Source: Candidatus Eiseniibacteriota bacterium
GTDB taxonomy: Bacteria; Eisenbacteria; RBG-16-71-46; SZUA-252
Direction of reading: 5' to 3'
Assembly: GCA_005893305.1 (NCBI GenBank)
Contig: VBOZ01000033.1
Span: 79,058 to 143,057, forward strand
DNA: 64,000 nucleotides
The number at the start of each line of letters is the position of its first letter. The stretch's first letter is position 1. Below the pieces are notes generated by a model, which was given only the letters and a program-made list of their open reading frames with translations, ran no database searches and was not told the DNA's origin. The translations under genes were made by a program, and so were the position numbers. Below, piece after piece: positions 19,507 through 28,117 of the stretch.

Positions 19507-20064
19507 ATGAGAAAGCAGCTCGCCCTCCTCGCAGCGCTGAGCCTTTTGACCGCACCCGGCCCTTCTCCGGCGGCCGCGATGCCGCCCGATGCCGCCAAGT
19601 CCGGCGCCGAAGAGGAGGGCGTCAAGCCCGCGGAGAAGCTCGAGTGGCTCGCGTTTGATGCCGCGACCGCCCGTGCGAAGAACCAGAAGAAACACATGAT
19701 CGTCGACATCTACACGACCTGGTGCGGGTGGTGCCGCGTGATGGAGCAGCAGACCTACGGCGATCCCGAGGTCGCCGCCTACCTGCGCGAGAACTTCGTC
19801 CTGGCGAAGGTGAACGGCGAATCTTCCGCGAAGCTAAAATGGATGGGGAAGGATCTGACCGAACGCCAGTTCGCGCGCGCCGTCGGGGTCACCGGATACC
19901 CCGCGACCTATTTCCTGAAGCCCGACGCGGAGATGCTGGGCGGAATGGGCGGATTCCTCAGGCCTCCCGAGTTCATGATCTACGCCCGCTACGTGAGCAC
20001 GCGCTGGTACGAGAAGGGAAAGTTCAACGACTACATCGACTCGCTTCGAGCCGCGGTCAAGTAG
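19507..20064 (+). CDS. Secreted thioredoxin-fold protein (TlpA/DsbD-gamma-like, WCGWC active site)
   Basis: Signal peptide MRKQLALLAALSLLTAPGPSPAAA; active site YTTWCGWCRVME. Confidence 0.75.
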   Translation: MRKQLALLAALSLLTAPGPSPAAAMPPDAAKSGAEEEGVKPAEKLEWLAFDAATARAKNQKKHMIVDIYTTWCGWCRVMEQQTYGDPEVAAYLRENFVLAKVNGESSAKLKWMGKDLTERQFARAVGVTGYPATYFLKPDAEMLGGMGGFLRPPEFMIYARYVSTRWYEKGKFNDYIDSLRAAVK

Positions 20065-20091
20065 CAGCAGCACGGAGGCCAGGACCCGCGC

Positions 20092-21087
20092 GTGAAGCTC
20101 CCACCCAAGCTCTCCGGCTCAGAGCCCGTATCGACGGGCGAATCCCCGGTCGTGCCTGAAAATCCGCAGGAGGTTCCCGACCGCTTGCCGCGGGCGGCCG
20201 TTCCCGCGCTCGACGCGATCCTCGGACTGCCGTTCCGCGTGCTCGATGACGGGTTTGTCCGCGTCGTCGATTACATGGGGGACGACACGGCGGTCGTGCG
20301 CGCCGCGCGGATTTCATACGGCGTCGGCACCAAGCGCGTGCAGGAAGACCGCGGTCTCGTTCGATATCTCATGCGTCACCTGCACACCACGCCGTTCGAG
20401 ATGTGCGAGATCAAGTTTCACGTGCGCGTGCCCATGGATACGTGGCGGCAGTGGATCCGGCACAGAAGCGCAAATGTGAATGAATATTCGACGAGATATT
20501 CCGTCGCCATCGATGCTGCCCAGCGGACGGCGCCCGACGAGTGGCGGATGCAGTCGACCGGGAATCGACAGGGAAGCGCGGGATTCCTACCCACCGACGT
20601 CGGCGCGCAGCTATCGGCCGAGGAGCGGGAAATACAAGAGAAGGCGCGGGCGGCGTACGAAGCGCGTCTCGCGGCCGGAGTCGCCCGCGAGCAGGCGAGG
20701 AAGGATCTTCCCCTCTCCACGTACACCGAGGCTTACTGGAAGATCGACCTACACAACCTCCTCCATTTCCTGAATCTCCGCATGGACGATCACGCTCAGG
20801 ACGAGATTCGCGCCTACTCGAAGGTCATCGGCGAGGAGATCGTGGCCAAGTGGGTGCCGGTCGTCTGGGAGGCATTCCTCGACTACCGTCGGCACGCGCT
20901 TCCGCTCTCGCGGATCGAATTCGAGATCATCAGCGCCATCACGTCCGGCTCCCCGGATCGCGCCCGCAGCATCGCGGCCGAGCGGGGCCTTCTCAATCCG
21001 AGCGCTGAAGGGACCTTGACTCCCAATCGCGAGCGGAGAGAAATCGAGGCGAAGCTGAAAGCGTTCGGGCTGACACCGCCCTGGTAG
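20092..21087 (+). CDS. thyX: FAD-dependent thymidylate synthase ThyX
   Basis: ThyX signature RHRSANVNEYSTRYS (RHRxxxxxxS). Confidence 0.85.
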   Translation: MKLPPKLSGSEPVSTGESPVVPENPQEVPDRLPRAAVPALDAILGLPFRVLDDGFVRVVDYMGDDTAVVRAARISYGVGTKRVQEDRGLVRYLMRHLHTTPFEMCEIKFHVRVPMDTWRQWIRHRSANVNEYSTRYSVAIDAAQRTAPDEWRMQSTGNRQGSAGFLPTDVGAQLSAEEREIQEKARAAYEARLAAGVAREQARKDLPLSTYTEAYWKIDLHNLLHFLNLRMDDHAQDEIRAYSKVIGEEIVAKWVPVVWEAFLDYRRHALPLSRIEFEIISAITSGSPDRARSIAAERGLLNPSAEGTLTPNRERREIEAKLKAFGLTPPW

Positions 21088-21089
21088 TC

Positions 21090-21130
21090 TCGCGGGGCGG
21101 CTCGAAGGGGAGCCCCTCCGCACCCCGCCC
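21090..21130. terminator. Imperfect nested GC-rich hairpin between convergent thyX and the HAD hydrolase gene; possible bidirectional terminator
   Basis: gcggggcgg-ctcga-agggg-agc-cccct-ccgcaccccgc, read directly from the sequence. Confidence 0.4.
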
Positions 21131-21132
21131 CT

Positions 21133-21933
21133 CTAATCGATCCCCAACCACCGCGGAAGCTCGCTCACGCTCTCCAGCACCGCCGTCGGCGGGGGTTGGA
21201 CACTCTTCTCATCGCCAGGTCGATACTTCCCGGTCTTCACCAGCACGCCCTGCATCCCCAACGCGACGCTCGCGGCCACGTCGAACTCCGCGTCATCCCC
21301 GACCATGACGATCTCCGAGCGGGACACCCCGGCCTGCGCCGCGACGGCGTCGTAGAGGAGCGGAGACGGCTTTCCGAGCGTCATGGCCTCACGCCCCGAG
21401 GCGTAGGTGAGGAATGCCGCCAAGGGCCCGATGTCGGTCACGAGCTCGGCGCCCTTCTTGAAGTAGCGATTACGCTGGAGCGCGTACAGGGCCGCGCCGT
21501 CCAGGAGCCTCCGGAACGCGGGCTGGAGATCGGCCACCCGATAACCGTGCGCTTCGGTGGCCAGGACGACCGCGGGGCCCGAGGGATCTTCACGAAACCA
21601 CGAATAATCGCCGCGAGCCGCCTCCTCCACGAGGAGAATCCCGCTGTCGTGTCCCTTCTCGGGCAGCACCCGGCGGGCCACCGATACGGGGGTCCAGAGC
21701 GATTCGGCGACGTCCAGGAGCTTGAGCCCGATCAGGTGCCGCGCGATGGTGCCGTGCGGCACGCTCGCGGTGTTGGTCACCAGGCGGACCGGCAATGCCG
21801 CCCGAAGCCGCGCCATGACGGCGGCCGCGCCGGGAAGAGCGGGGCCGGCCACTCCGTCGGTCAGCGTTCCATCCACATCGAGGCAGACCAGGGCGATTCG
21901 CCGTTTCACGCCGCATACCCTCCCGCCGGGCAC
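21133..21933 (-). CDS. HAD-superfamily hydrolase (subfamily IIA-like)
   Basis: LVCLDVDGTLTDG is HAD motif I; a C-terminal VMVGDD motif. Confidence 0.75.
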   Translation of the reverse strand: MPGGRVCGVKRRIALVCLDVDGTLTDGVAGPALPGAAAVMARLRAALPVRLVTNTASVPHGTIARHLIGLKLLDVAESLWTPVSVARRVLPEKGHDSGILLVEEAARGDYSWFREDPSGPAVVLATEAHGYRVADLQPAFRRLLDGAALYALQRNRYFKKGAELVTDIGPLAAFLTYASGREAMTLGKPSPLLYDAVAAQAGVSRSEIVMVGDDAEFDVAASVALGMQGVLVKTGKYRPGDEKSVQPPPTAVLESVSELPRWLGID

Positions 21934-21957
21934 ACCGTCCCGTCAATCGCTCGCGCT

Positions 21958-23526
21958 CTACGCTCCGCGAAGACGGCCCAGCAGCCGCTGTAGCTCCTCC
22001 ACGCGGAGGATCGTCGCCGCGCCGAGGAAGACGAGGGCGGCGGCGGCAAACCCCGCCCCCACAACGGCCAGCCGCGCGCCAAGGCTCTCGAGACCGGCGA
22101 CGCCTTCGACCGCGCCGGCCGTGCACCAGGCCGCGCCCCCGGCGAGGGCCGCTGCCAGCAAGATCTTCGCGGCGGAGAACGCCAGCGCCCGTCCCCCGAT
22201 CCCGCCGATCCGCGACCGAAGCATCCAGAACAAGAGCGCGAAGTTGAGCACCGATCCGATCGAGGTCGCGAGCGCGAGCCCCGCGTGCCGCATCGGACCC
22301 ATCAGGAGAAAGTTGAGGCCGACCGTGATGCCGATCGAGATGAATGAGACCGTGACCGGAATCCGCGCCATGCCCAGGGAGTAGAAGGCCGGAACCATCA
22401 CCCGGACCGCCGAGAACGCCGCGAGGCCCGCGGCGTAGGCCCAGAGCGCCTTCGCGGTCTCGACCGTGTCCGACGCGCCGAATTTGCCGTGCTGGTAGAG
22501 GAGCGCCACGATCGGTCTCGCGAGCGCGATCAAGACCAAGGTCGCCGGCAGCGTGAGCAGGAAGACCAGGCGGAGCGAGGACGAGAGCGTCTCCTTCAGG
22601 CCCGCGATGTTCTTCTGGGCGGCGTGGCGCGCGACCTCCGCCAGCGTCACCGTGGCGATGGCGACCCCGAAGAGGCCGATCGGGAGCTGCATCAGGCGGT
22701 AGGCATAGTTGAGCCAGGAGACGCTCCCCTCCTGAAGCGAGGATGCGAGGAACGTGCTCACGAAGTTGTTCACCTGAACGGCCGCGATGCCGACCGCGGC
22801 CGGCGTCATCAGCGAAACCATGTGGAGGACGTCGGGATCCCGAAAGGAGACCTCGGGCCGCCATCGATAGCCCTGCGCCCGGAGCGCCGGCACCTGGATC
22901 AAGAGCTGGCCGAGCCCACCCAGCAGCGCGCCGAACGCCATGCCCACGATCGGCTCCAGACCGAAGCGTGGGCAGAGGGGCGCGATCAGGAAGCCCGCGG
23001 CGATGAGCGCCAAATTCAGCATCGCGGGCGCCACGGCGGGGATGAAGAAGACGCGCCGCGTGTTGAGGAATCCCATCACGGCGGCCGCGGTCGAGACCAG
23101 GACCAGGAACGGGGTCATGATGCGCGTCATGAGCGTGGTCAGCTCGAGCTTCCCCGGCACGGCGGCGAATCCCGGCGCGAGCGTGCGCACGATCCACGGT
23201 GCGGCGAGGATCCCGACGAGGCAGATCGCGGAGACGACGACGAGGAGGAAGTTGATCACGAGGTTGGCCAGCCGAAGGGCCGCCTCCGGACCGCTTCGCT
23301 CCTGCGCCCGCGACAGCGTCGGGACGAAGGCGGCGCTCATGGCCCCCTCGGCGAACAGGTCCCGGAGCAGGTTGGGGATCCGGAAGGCGACCTGGAACGC
23401 GTCGACCGCGAACCCGGCACCGAATTGGGCCGCGAACACCTGCTCGCGGACGAGCCCCAGGACGCGGCTCAGGAACGTGGCGGCGGAGATGACCCCGGCC
23501 GATCGCGCTACGTTATTCTGGCTCAC
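21958..23526 (-). CDS. murJ: Lipid II flippase MurJ (MviN)
   Basis: N-terminus SRVLGLVREQVFAAQFGAGFAVDAFQVAFRIPNLLRDLFAEGAMSAAFVP is the canonical MurJ N-terminus; 14-TM profile. Confidence 0.85.
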   Translation of the reverse strand: MSQNNVARSAGVISAATFLSRVLGLVREQVFAAQFGAGFAVDAFQVAFRIPNLLRDLFAEGAMSAAFVPTLSRAQERSGPEAALRLANLVINFLLVVVSAICLVGILAAPWIVRTLAPGFAAVPGKLELTTLMTRIMTPFLVLVSTAAAVMGFLNTRRVFFIPAVAPAMLNLALIAAGFLIAPLCPRFGLEPIVGMAFGALLGGLGQLLIQVPALRAQGYRWRPEVSFRDPDVLHMVSLMTPAAVGIAAVQVNNFVSTFLASSLQEGSVSWLNYAYRLMQLPIGLFGVAIATVTLAEVARHAAQKNIAGLKETLSSSLRLVFLLTLPATLVLIALARPIVALLYQHGKFGASDTVETAKALWAYAAGLAAFSAVRVMVPAFYSLGMARIPVTVSFISIGITVGLNFLLMGPMRHAGLALATSIGSVLNFALLFWMLRSRIGGIGGRALAFSAAKILLAAALAGGAAWCTAGAVEGVAGLESLGARLAVVGAGFAAAALVFLGAATILRVEELQRLLGRLRGA

Positions 23527-23556
23527 GGGGCCGGATCGTCGGCGGTGGGCCTTCCC

Positions 23557-23587
23557 TTGTCAAGCGCGGCCCCAGGTTTGATATAAT
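23557..23587 (+). promoter_or_regulatory. Strong sigma-70-type promoter with an extended -10 (TTGTCA ... TGaTATAAT) upstream of the small acidic protein gene
   Basis: ttgtca at 23557-23562, tg at 23579-23580, tataat at 23582-23587. A perfect TATAAT is conspicuous in a roughly 70% GC background. Confidence 0.5.
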
Positions 23588-23666
23588 GTGTGTGTCCGGG
23601 GGCATCGGCGTCAGGCCCGCGGTCCTCGTCTCGACTGCGGGGGCCCATCCATCAGGAGCGACTTCC

Positions 23667-23927
23667 ATGAGCCCGAACGACCAGGATAAGGAAATCGTCG
23701 AACGCCTCATCGCGGAGACCAATCTATCGGCCCGGATGGACGCCTTGATCGGGGAGATCTGCGACAAGCTCCGCGAGTACGGAGTGGCGTCGCCCCACAA
23801 GGCCTTCAACGATCTGGTGGATCCCTTTCGTGAATACTTCATGTTGGAGTATGAAGAGGAGCGAGGGCTGGAGGACGCTGGCGAAGAGGTGGAGGACGAC
23901 GAGGAGGAGGACGAGCGCAGCTACTGA
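23667..23927 (+). CDS. Small (86 aa) hypothetical protein with a strongly acidic C-terminus (EEEDERSY). Start is ATG 23667 with an AGGAG Shine-Dalgarno; the ORF is open from 23586.
   Basis: MSPNDQDKEIVERLIAETNLSARMDALIGEICDKLREYG... It is preceded by a strong extended -10 promoter. Confidence 0.55.
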   Translation: MSPNDQDKEIVERLIAETNLSARMDALIGEICDKLREYGVASPHKAFNDLVDPFREYFMLEYEEERGLEDAGEEVEDDEEEDERSY

Positions 23928-24155
23928 ATTCTCGGCGGAGGCGTGATCCATTGCCACGCCTTCCCGCCCTCTTGGTGTCTCCAAGATCCTCGCGACCGGA
24001 TGTCGCGACCCCTTCCCGCATTCCCGCCGCATCCTCGAAGCGCCCGCCCGCGGCCCCTTTTCCCAAGGCTATTTCCGCTTGAGTACGGTGTCCCTAGGGC
24101 CGATGGCTCGTAGGACGGGAGTCTCCCCGTCTCGCGAATGCGTTGGGGGAGCCTC

Positions 24156-24749
24156 ATGATCGCGAAGCGCAAGGGGCAAGGCGCAGCGCGGGGTAAGGCC
24201 AGGGACGGTGTAGCGCCCATAGGAACGCGACCCAGCCGGCCGAAGCCACGGTACTGCATCGTCTGCGGCACCAAGCTTCGGCCGATTCGCGAGCACGGAG
24301 TCCGGAGAATGGCGTGTCCCCGGTGCGGCTTCATCGCGTACCGGAATCCGGTCCCGGCTTGCGGGGTGATCGTGATGCGAAGCGGCGAGGTCCTGCTCGC
24401 GAAGCGGGCGCACGAGCCGCGCCGCGGCTCGTGGGGGATTCCCGCGGGCTTCATGGAGTACGGCGAGCACCCGGAGCGCACGGCCGTTCGAGAGGCCAAG
24501 GAAGAGACGGGCCTCATCGTCCGCCTCTCGGGTCTCTTTGGAGTCTACGCGGGGCGGGACGACCCGCGCACGCGCGCGGTCCTGATCCTCTACCGGGCGA
24601 AGATCGTCCGCGGCCGGCTCAAGGCCGGCGACGATGCGAGCGAGGTGGGGTTCTTCGCGCTGGACCGGCTCCCAAAGCCGATCGCGTTTCGGGCGCACCG
24701 CGAGGCGCTCGGGGATTTACGTCGCATGGAGCGGAGGAAGAGTCGATGA
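24156..24749 (+). CDS. NUDIX hydrolase with an N-terminal C4 zinc ribbon (NudC-like architecture)
   Basis: CIVCGTKL...CPRCGF zinc ribbon; NUDIX box GIPAGFMEYGEHPERTAVREAKEETGL. Confidence 0.8.
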   Translation: MIAKRKGQGAARGKARDGVAPIGTRPSRPKPRYCIVCGTKLRPIREHGVRRMACPRCGFIAYRNPVPACGVIVMRSGEVLLAKRAHEPRRGSWGIPAGFMEYGEHPERTAVREAKEETGLIVRLSGLFGVYAGRDDPRTRAVLILYRAKIVRGRLKAGDDASEVGFFALDRLPKPIAFRAHREALGDLRRMERRKSR

Positions 24750-25891
24750 GCATTCGCATCCTGCATCTGGCCGATCTCCACATCGGCGCCTCGTTCCCCT
24801 CGATGGGGGAGCGGAGTGAAGAGCGCGGACGCGATTTTCTATCGGCGTTCCTCCGGGCGGTCGAGTACGCAGCGACGAACCCGAAGCCGGTGGACCTGGT
24901 CGCGATCGCGGGCGACCTGTTCGACAACCACGATCCGGACGAGGGCCTGGTCTTCCAGATCGAGGCCGCCTTCGATCGACTCGACAAGGCGGGGCTGCCG
25001 GTCCTGATCGTTCCGGGGACGCACGACTCGCCTTCGTACCGGCGATCGATCTTCCGGCGCCTCCGGCTTCCGAAGAGCGCGCACCTCTTCCTGTCGCCGA
25101 CGCTCGAGGCGGGGCCGCATCTCACGATCGGCGGCGAGTCCATTCAGACGTACGGGATCGCCTACGATCCCGCCGTTTCCCAGCGTCCGCTCGGGGAGTT
25201 CCGGCCGGCCGGTCTCGCGGATTACCACGTGGGCATCCTCCACGCCGCCCTTCAGGACAACCCGGCGTGGAAGATTCGGCCGACGGACCTGCCGATCAGC
25301 CGCACGGAGATCGCCGCGTCCGGCCTTCACTATCTCGCCCTGGGCCACTTCCACAACTTCGCCGAGATCCGCGAAGGCGGGTCGGTGGCGGTCTATCCGG
25401 GCACGCTCGAAGGGAAGAAATTCGGAGAAAACGGTCCTCGCTATCTGGTCACGGCCACGCTGAGCCGGGACTCGATCTCGCTCGAGCGCACCCCGTGGAA
25501 CGTGCGGACCGTGCACGATACGACGGTCGACCTGAGCTCGACCGAGGTCCGCGACGAATCGCAGCTCGAGGGCCGCATCATGGCCTTCGCCGGCGACCGC
25601 GAGATCGCGCGCGTGCGCCTGGAAGGCCCTGCGGACTTCGTCTTCGATCCGGAGCGCCTTCAGAAACGGGTCGCCCCGCGCTTCTTCCACGTCGAGATCG
25701 AGGACGCGACCTACGTCCTGAACGCTTCGCTACTCGAACGATATCGCGAGGAGGCCACCGTCCGCGGCGTCTTCGTTCGCAGCATGCTCGAGCGGATCGA
25801 CAAGGCCCCCGACGCGCCGGCGCGTGAGACGGCCGCGCTCGCCCTTCGACTCGGCCTCGCCGAATTCCAGAATCCACGCCATGCGCATTGA
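24746..25891 (+). CDS. SbcD/Mre11-like calcineurin-type metallophosphoesterase nuclease (YhaO/SbcF-like). Start is ATG 24746, a 4-nt overlap with the NUDIX gene.
   Basis: ILHLADLHIG, AIAGDLFDNHD, VPGTHDSP and LALGHFHNF are metallophosphoesterase motifs I-V. Confidence 0.75.
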   Translation: MSIRILHLADLHIGASFPSMGERSEERGRDFLSAFLRAVEYAATNPKPVDLVAIAGDLFDNHDPDEGLVFQIEAAFDRLDKAGLPVLIVPGTHDSPSYRRSIFRRLRLPKSAHLFLSPTLEAGPHLTIGGESIQTYGIAYDPAVSQRPLGEFRPAGLADYHVGILHAALQDNPAWKIRPTDLPISRTEIAASGLHYLALGHFHNFAEIREGGSVAVYPGTLEGKKFGENGPRYLVTATLSRDSISLERTPWNVRTVHDTTVDLSSTEVRDESQLEGRIMAFAGDREIARVRLEGPADFVFDPERLQKRVAPRFFHVEIEDATYVLNASLLERYREEATVRGVFVRSMLERIDKAPDAPARETAALALRLGLAEFQNPRHAH

Positions 25892-28100
25892 GCGGGTGAC
25901 GGTCGAGGGCTTCGGCCCCCTGGTGAACTTCGACGCGAACCTCGAGCCGAAGCGGCTCAACCTGTTCATCGGACCGAACGAATCCGGGAAGTCGTCGCTC
26001 GCCGCCGCCCTGGTTTCCACACTCTTCGGTTTCCCATCACTCGAATCGGAGGAGCTCGCCCGTCCGTGGAACGGGGCCAAGCACAAGGCCTCCGTTACGT
26101 TCTCTGCCGTCACCGGCCGGTATCGCGTCACGAGGGAATTCGACTCCCACGAGGTCCAGGTCGACCGGCTCCGCGACGGCTCCGCCGAAGTCGAGTCCTC
26201 CGTATTTCGCGGCGCGGCGAACCCGCGCGGGCGGAGCGCCGAGCAGCTCCAGTACGAGGAGCTCCTCCGCGGCTGGTTCGGCTTCACCGAGGCGCGGCTG
26301 TTCCGAGAATCGTCCTTCGTCCACGAGAGCGCGCTCGAGACCCAGGTCAGCCCCGAGCTCCGGCATCTGGTCTCCGGCGCGGTCGAGGCGGACTACCAGC
26401 AGATCCAGGACGCGCTGATGGAGCGGCTCGACTCGCTCACCAAGGATCACCCCTTCGACGCCCGCGCCCGGAAGCGCTCGAATCGCTCGATCGAGAATCG
26501 GATCGAGCGCATCCAGGGGCTTCGCGACCGGCGGAGCCGCTCGGAATACGTGCTGACCGAGCTCAAGACCCGGAGCAAGGAGCGGGAAGAGATCGAGGGA
26601 CGTCTCCTCGACCTCCGCGCAGATCTCGCGGCCAAGGAGCAGCTCCGCGCCGACCTGGAATCGTGGCTCTCGCTCCGCGAGGAGCAGCGCAAGCTCCTGA
26701 AGCGCGCGCCCGCCATCGGGCAGGAGCTGGTCACCGCCCGCCGCGCGCGCACCCAAGTCCAGGACATGGATCGGAAGATCGCCGAGACGCTCGGTTATCT
26801 GGCGAACGCGCCGGAGGAGGTCGAGACGGACCTCATGCGGCTCGGGATGCTCCGCGCCCAGCGCGCCCGCCATCAGAAATCGACCGAGGACGAGAGGCGG
26901 ATGCTCGATGCCCCGGCCCGGAAATCGAGCGCGGGCGCCGTCGGGGTCGGGGTGCTCTTGGCGGCTCTGTTCGGCGCCGGCGCGTGGTTCGCGATCCACC
27001 AGCCGTTCGCGGTGGGAGGAGCCGCCGCGGTCGGCTTCGGCCTGGGGCTCCTGATCGGGCGTCGCCGGGGGAGCAGCAAGGGCCAGCGGTCCCGCGAGCT
27101 CGGCGAAGCCCACATCCGCGTGCTCGAGGAGAATATCCGCACGGTGGGCCAGGAGATCGACGGGGTCGAGATCCGGGTGAATCCATACCTCGCGGGGCGG
27201 ACGGTGGAGGTGGTGCTGGAGGACGTCAAGCGCCACCGCGCCGCGATCCAGGAGCGGCGCGAAGCCGCCGCGGTGCTCCACTCGCTCCCGACCCCCGAGC
27301 GGCTGGAGGCGGAGTCGAAGGAGATCGACGAAGCCGTGGCGAGCCTGCGATCCAAGGAGAAGCTCCTGCTCCAGCAGTCCCCGTTCCTGGCGCCGCTGCG
27401 CGAGGATCCCGTCAGGGCCGCGGAGGCCGCGGAGAAGCTGAAGCGGGAGGCCACGGCGCTTCGCACCAAGCTCGAGGCCGAGCAGGAATCGCTCGACGCG
27501 TTCCTGAGACGGGCCGGAGGCGGGGAGGGCGACGCGGAGAACCTCGAGTCCCTGGATGAGATGATCGTGACCGAAGAGGAAGTGCTCGGTCGCGAGGAGC
27601 GTCAGCGGGCCGCCCTCCTCCTGGCCCTCGAGGTGCTCCGCGACTCGGTGCAGGCCTATCAGCGGGAGCACGTCGGCCGGTTGGCGAGCCAGGCGGAAGC
27701 GACCTTCCGCCGGCTGACCAACGGCAAATACACGAAAGTGGCCCTGAACGCCGACTTTCAACCCACGCTGGCGACCGCCGACCACGAAAACGTCCCGCTC
27801 GAGTCGTTGAGCCGGGGCGCACGGGACGCTTTCTACCTCTCCCTCCGGGCCGCGCTCGCACGGGAGCTCGCCGCGCGGGAGCCACTTCCGCTGTTGCTCG
27901 ACGACCCCATCGCCCACTTCGACGAGGAGCGCCGCGGGTTCCTTCTGGGCGTACTCGAGGAGCTCGCGAGCGAGATCCAGGTCGTCCTCCTGACCCACGA
28001 CCGCCGGGTCCTCAACAACGTCCGGGAAGCCCACGTCCTGGGCGTCGGAACTTCGTCACCCACCAAGGATTCCGGCCGAAAGATCGAGATCCGGCGCTGA
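25881..28100 (+). CDS. SbcC/Rad50-like AAA ATPase with coiled coil, carrying two predicted transmembrane helices at the coiled-coil apex (YhaN/SbcE-like)
   Basis: Walker A FIGPNESGKSS; C-terminal signature LSRGARDAFYLSLR, Walker B LPLLLDDPIAHFDEERR and H-loop VLLTHD. The mid-protein hydrophobic segments are GAVGVGVLLAALFGAGAWFAI and FAVGGAAAVGFGLGLLIG. Confidence 0.75.
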   Translation: MRIERVTVEGFGPLVNFDANLEPKRLNLFIGPNESGKSSLAAALVSTLFGFPSLESEELARPWNGAKHKASVTFSAVTGRYRVTREFDSHEVQVDRLRDGSAEVESSVFRGAANPRGRSAEQLQYEELLRGWFGFTEARLFRESSFVHESALETQVSPELRHLVSGAVEADYQQIQDALMERLDSLTKDHPFDARARKRSNRSIENRIERIQGLRDRRSRSEYVLTELKTRSKEREEIEGRLLDLRADLAAKEQLRADLESWLSLREEQRKLLKRAPAIGQELVTARRARTQVQDMDRKIAETLGYLANAPEEVETDLMRLGMLRAQRARHQKSTEDERRMLDAPARKSSAGAVGVGVLLAALFGAGAWFAIHQPFAVGGAAAVGFGLGLLIGRRRGSSKGQRSRELGEAHIRVLEENIRTVGQEIDGVEIRVNPYLAGRTVEVVLEDVKRHRAAIQERREAAAVLHSLPTPERLEAESKEIDEAVASLRSKEKLLLQQSPFLAPLREDPVRAAEAAEKLKREATALRTKLEAEQESLDAFLRRAGGGEGDAENLESLDEMIVTEEEVLGREERQRAALLLALEVLRDSVQAYQREHVGRLASQAEATFRRLTNGKYTKVALNADFQPTLATADHENVPLESLSRGARDAFYLSLRAALARELAAREPLPLLLDDPIAHFDEERRGFLLGVLEELASEIQVVLLTHDRRVLNNVREAHVLGVGTSSPTKDSGRKIEIRR

Positions 28101-28117
28101 CATAAAGCGCTCAAGGT

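Noticed and set aside
23928-24155. A 228-bp intergenic region with overlapping minus-strand ORFs (23921-24517, 24069-24698) that could hide a small gene or an sRNA
   Set aside because: The ORF translations are Arg/Pro-rich with no motifs. I see no convincing promoter/terminator pair or conserved structure, so nothing is callable without comparative data.
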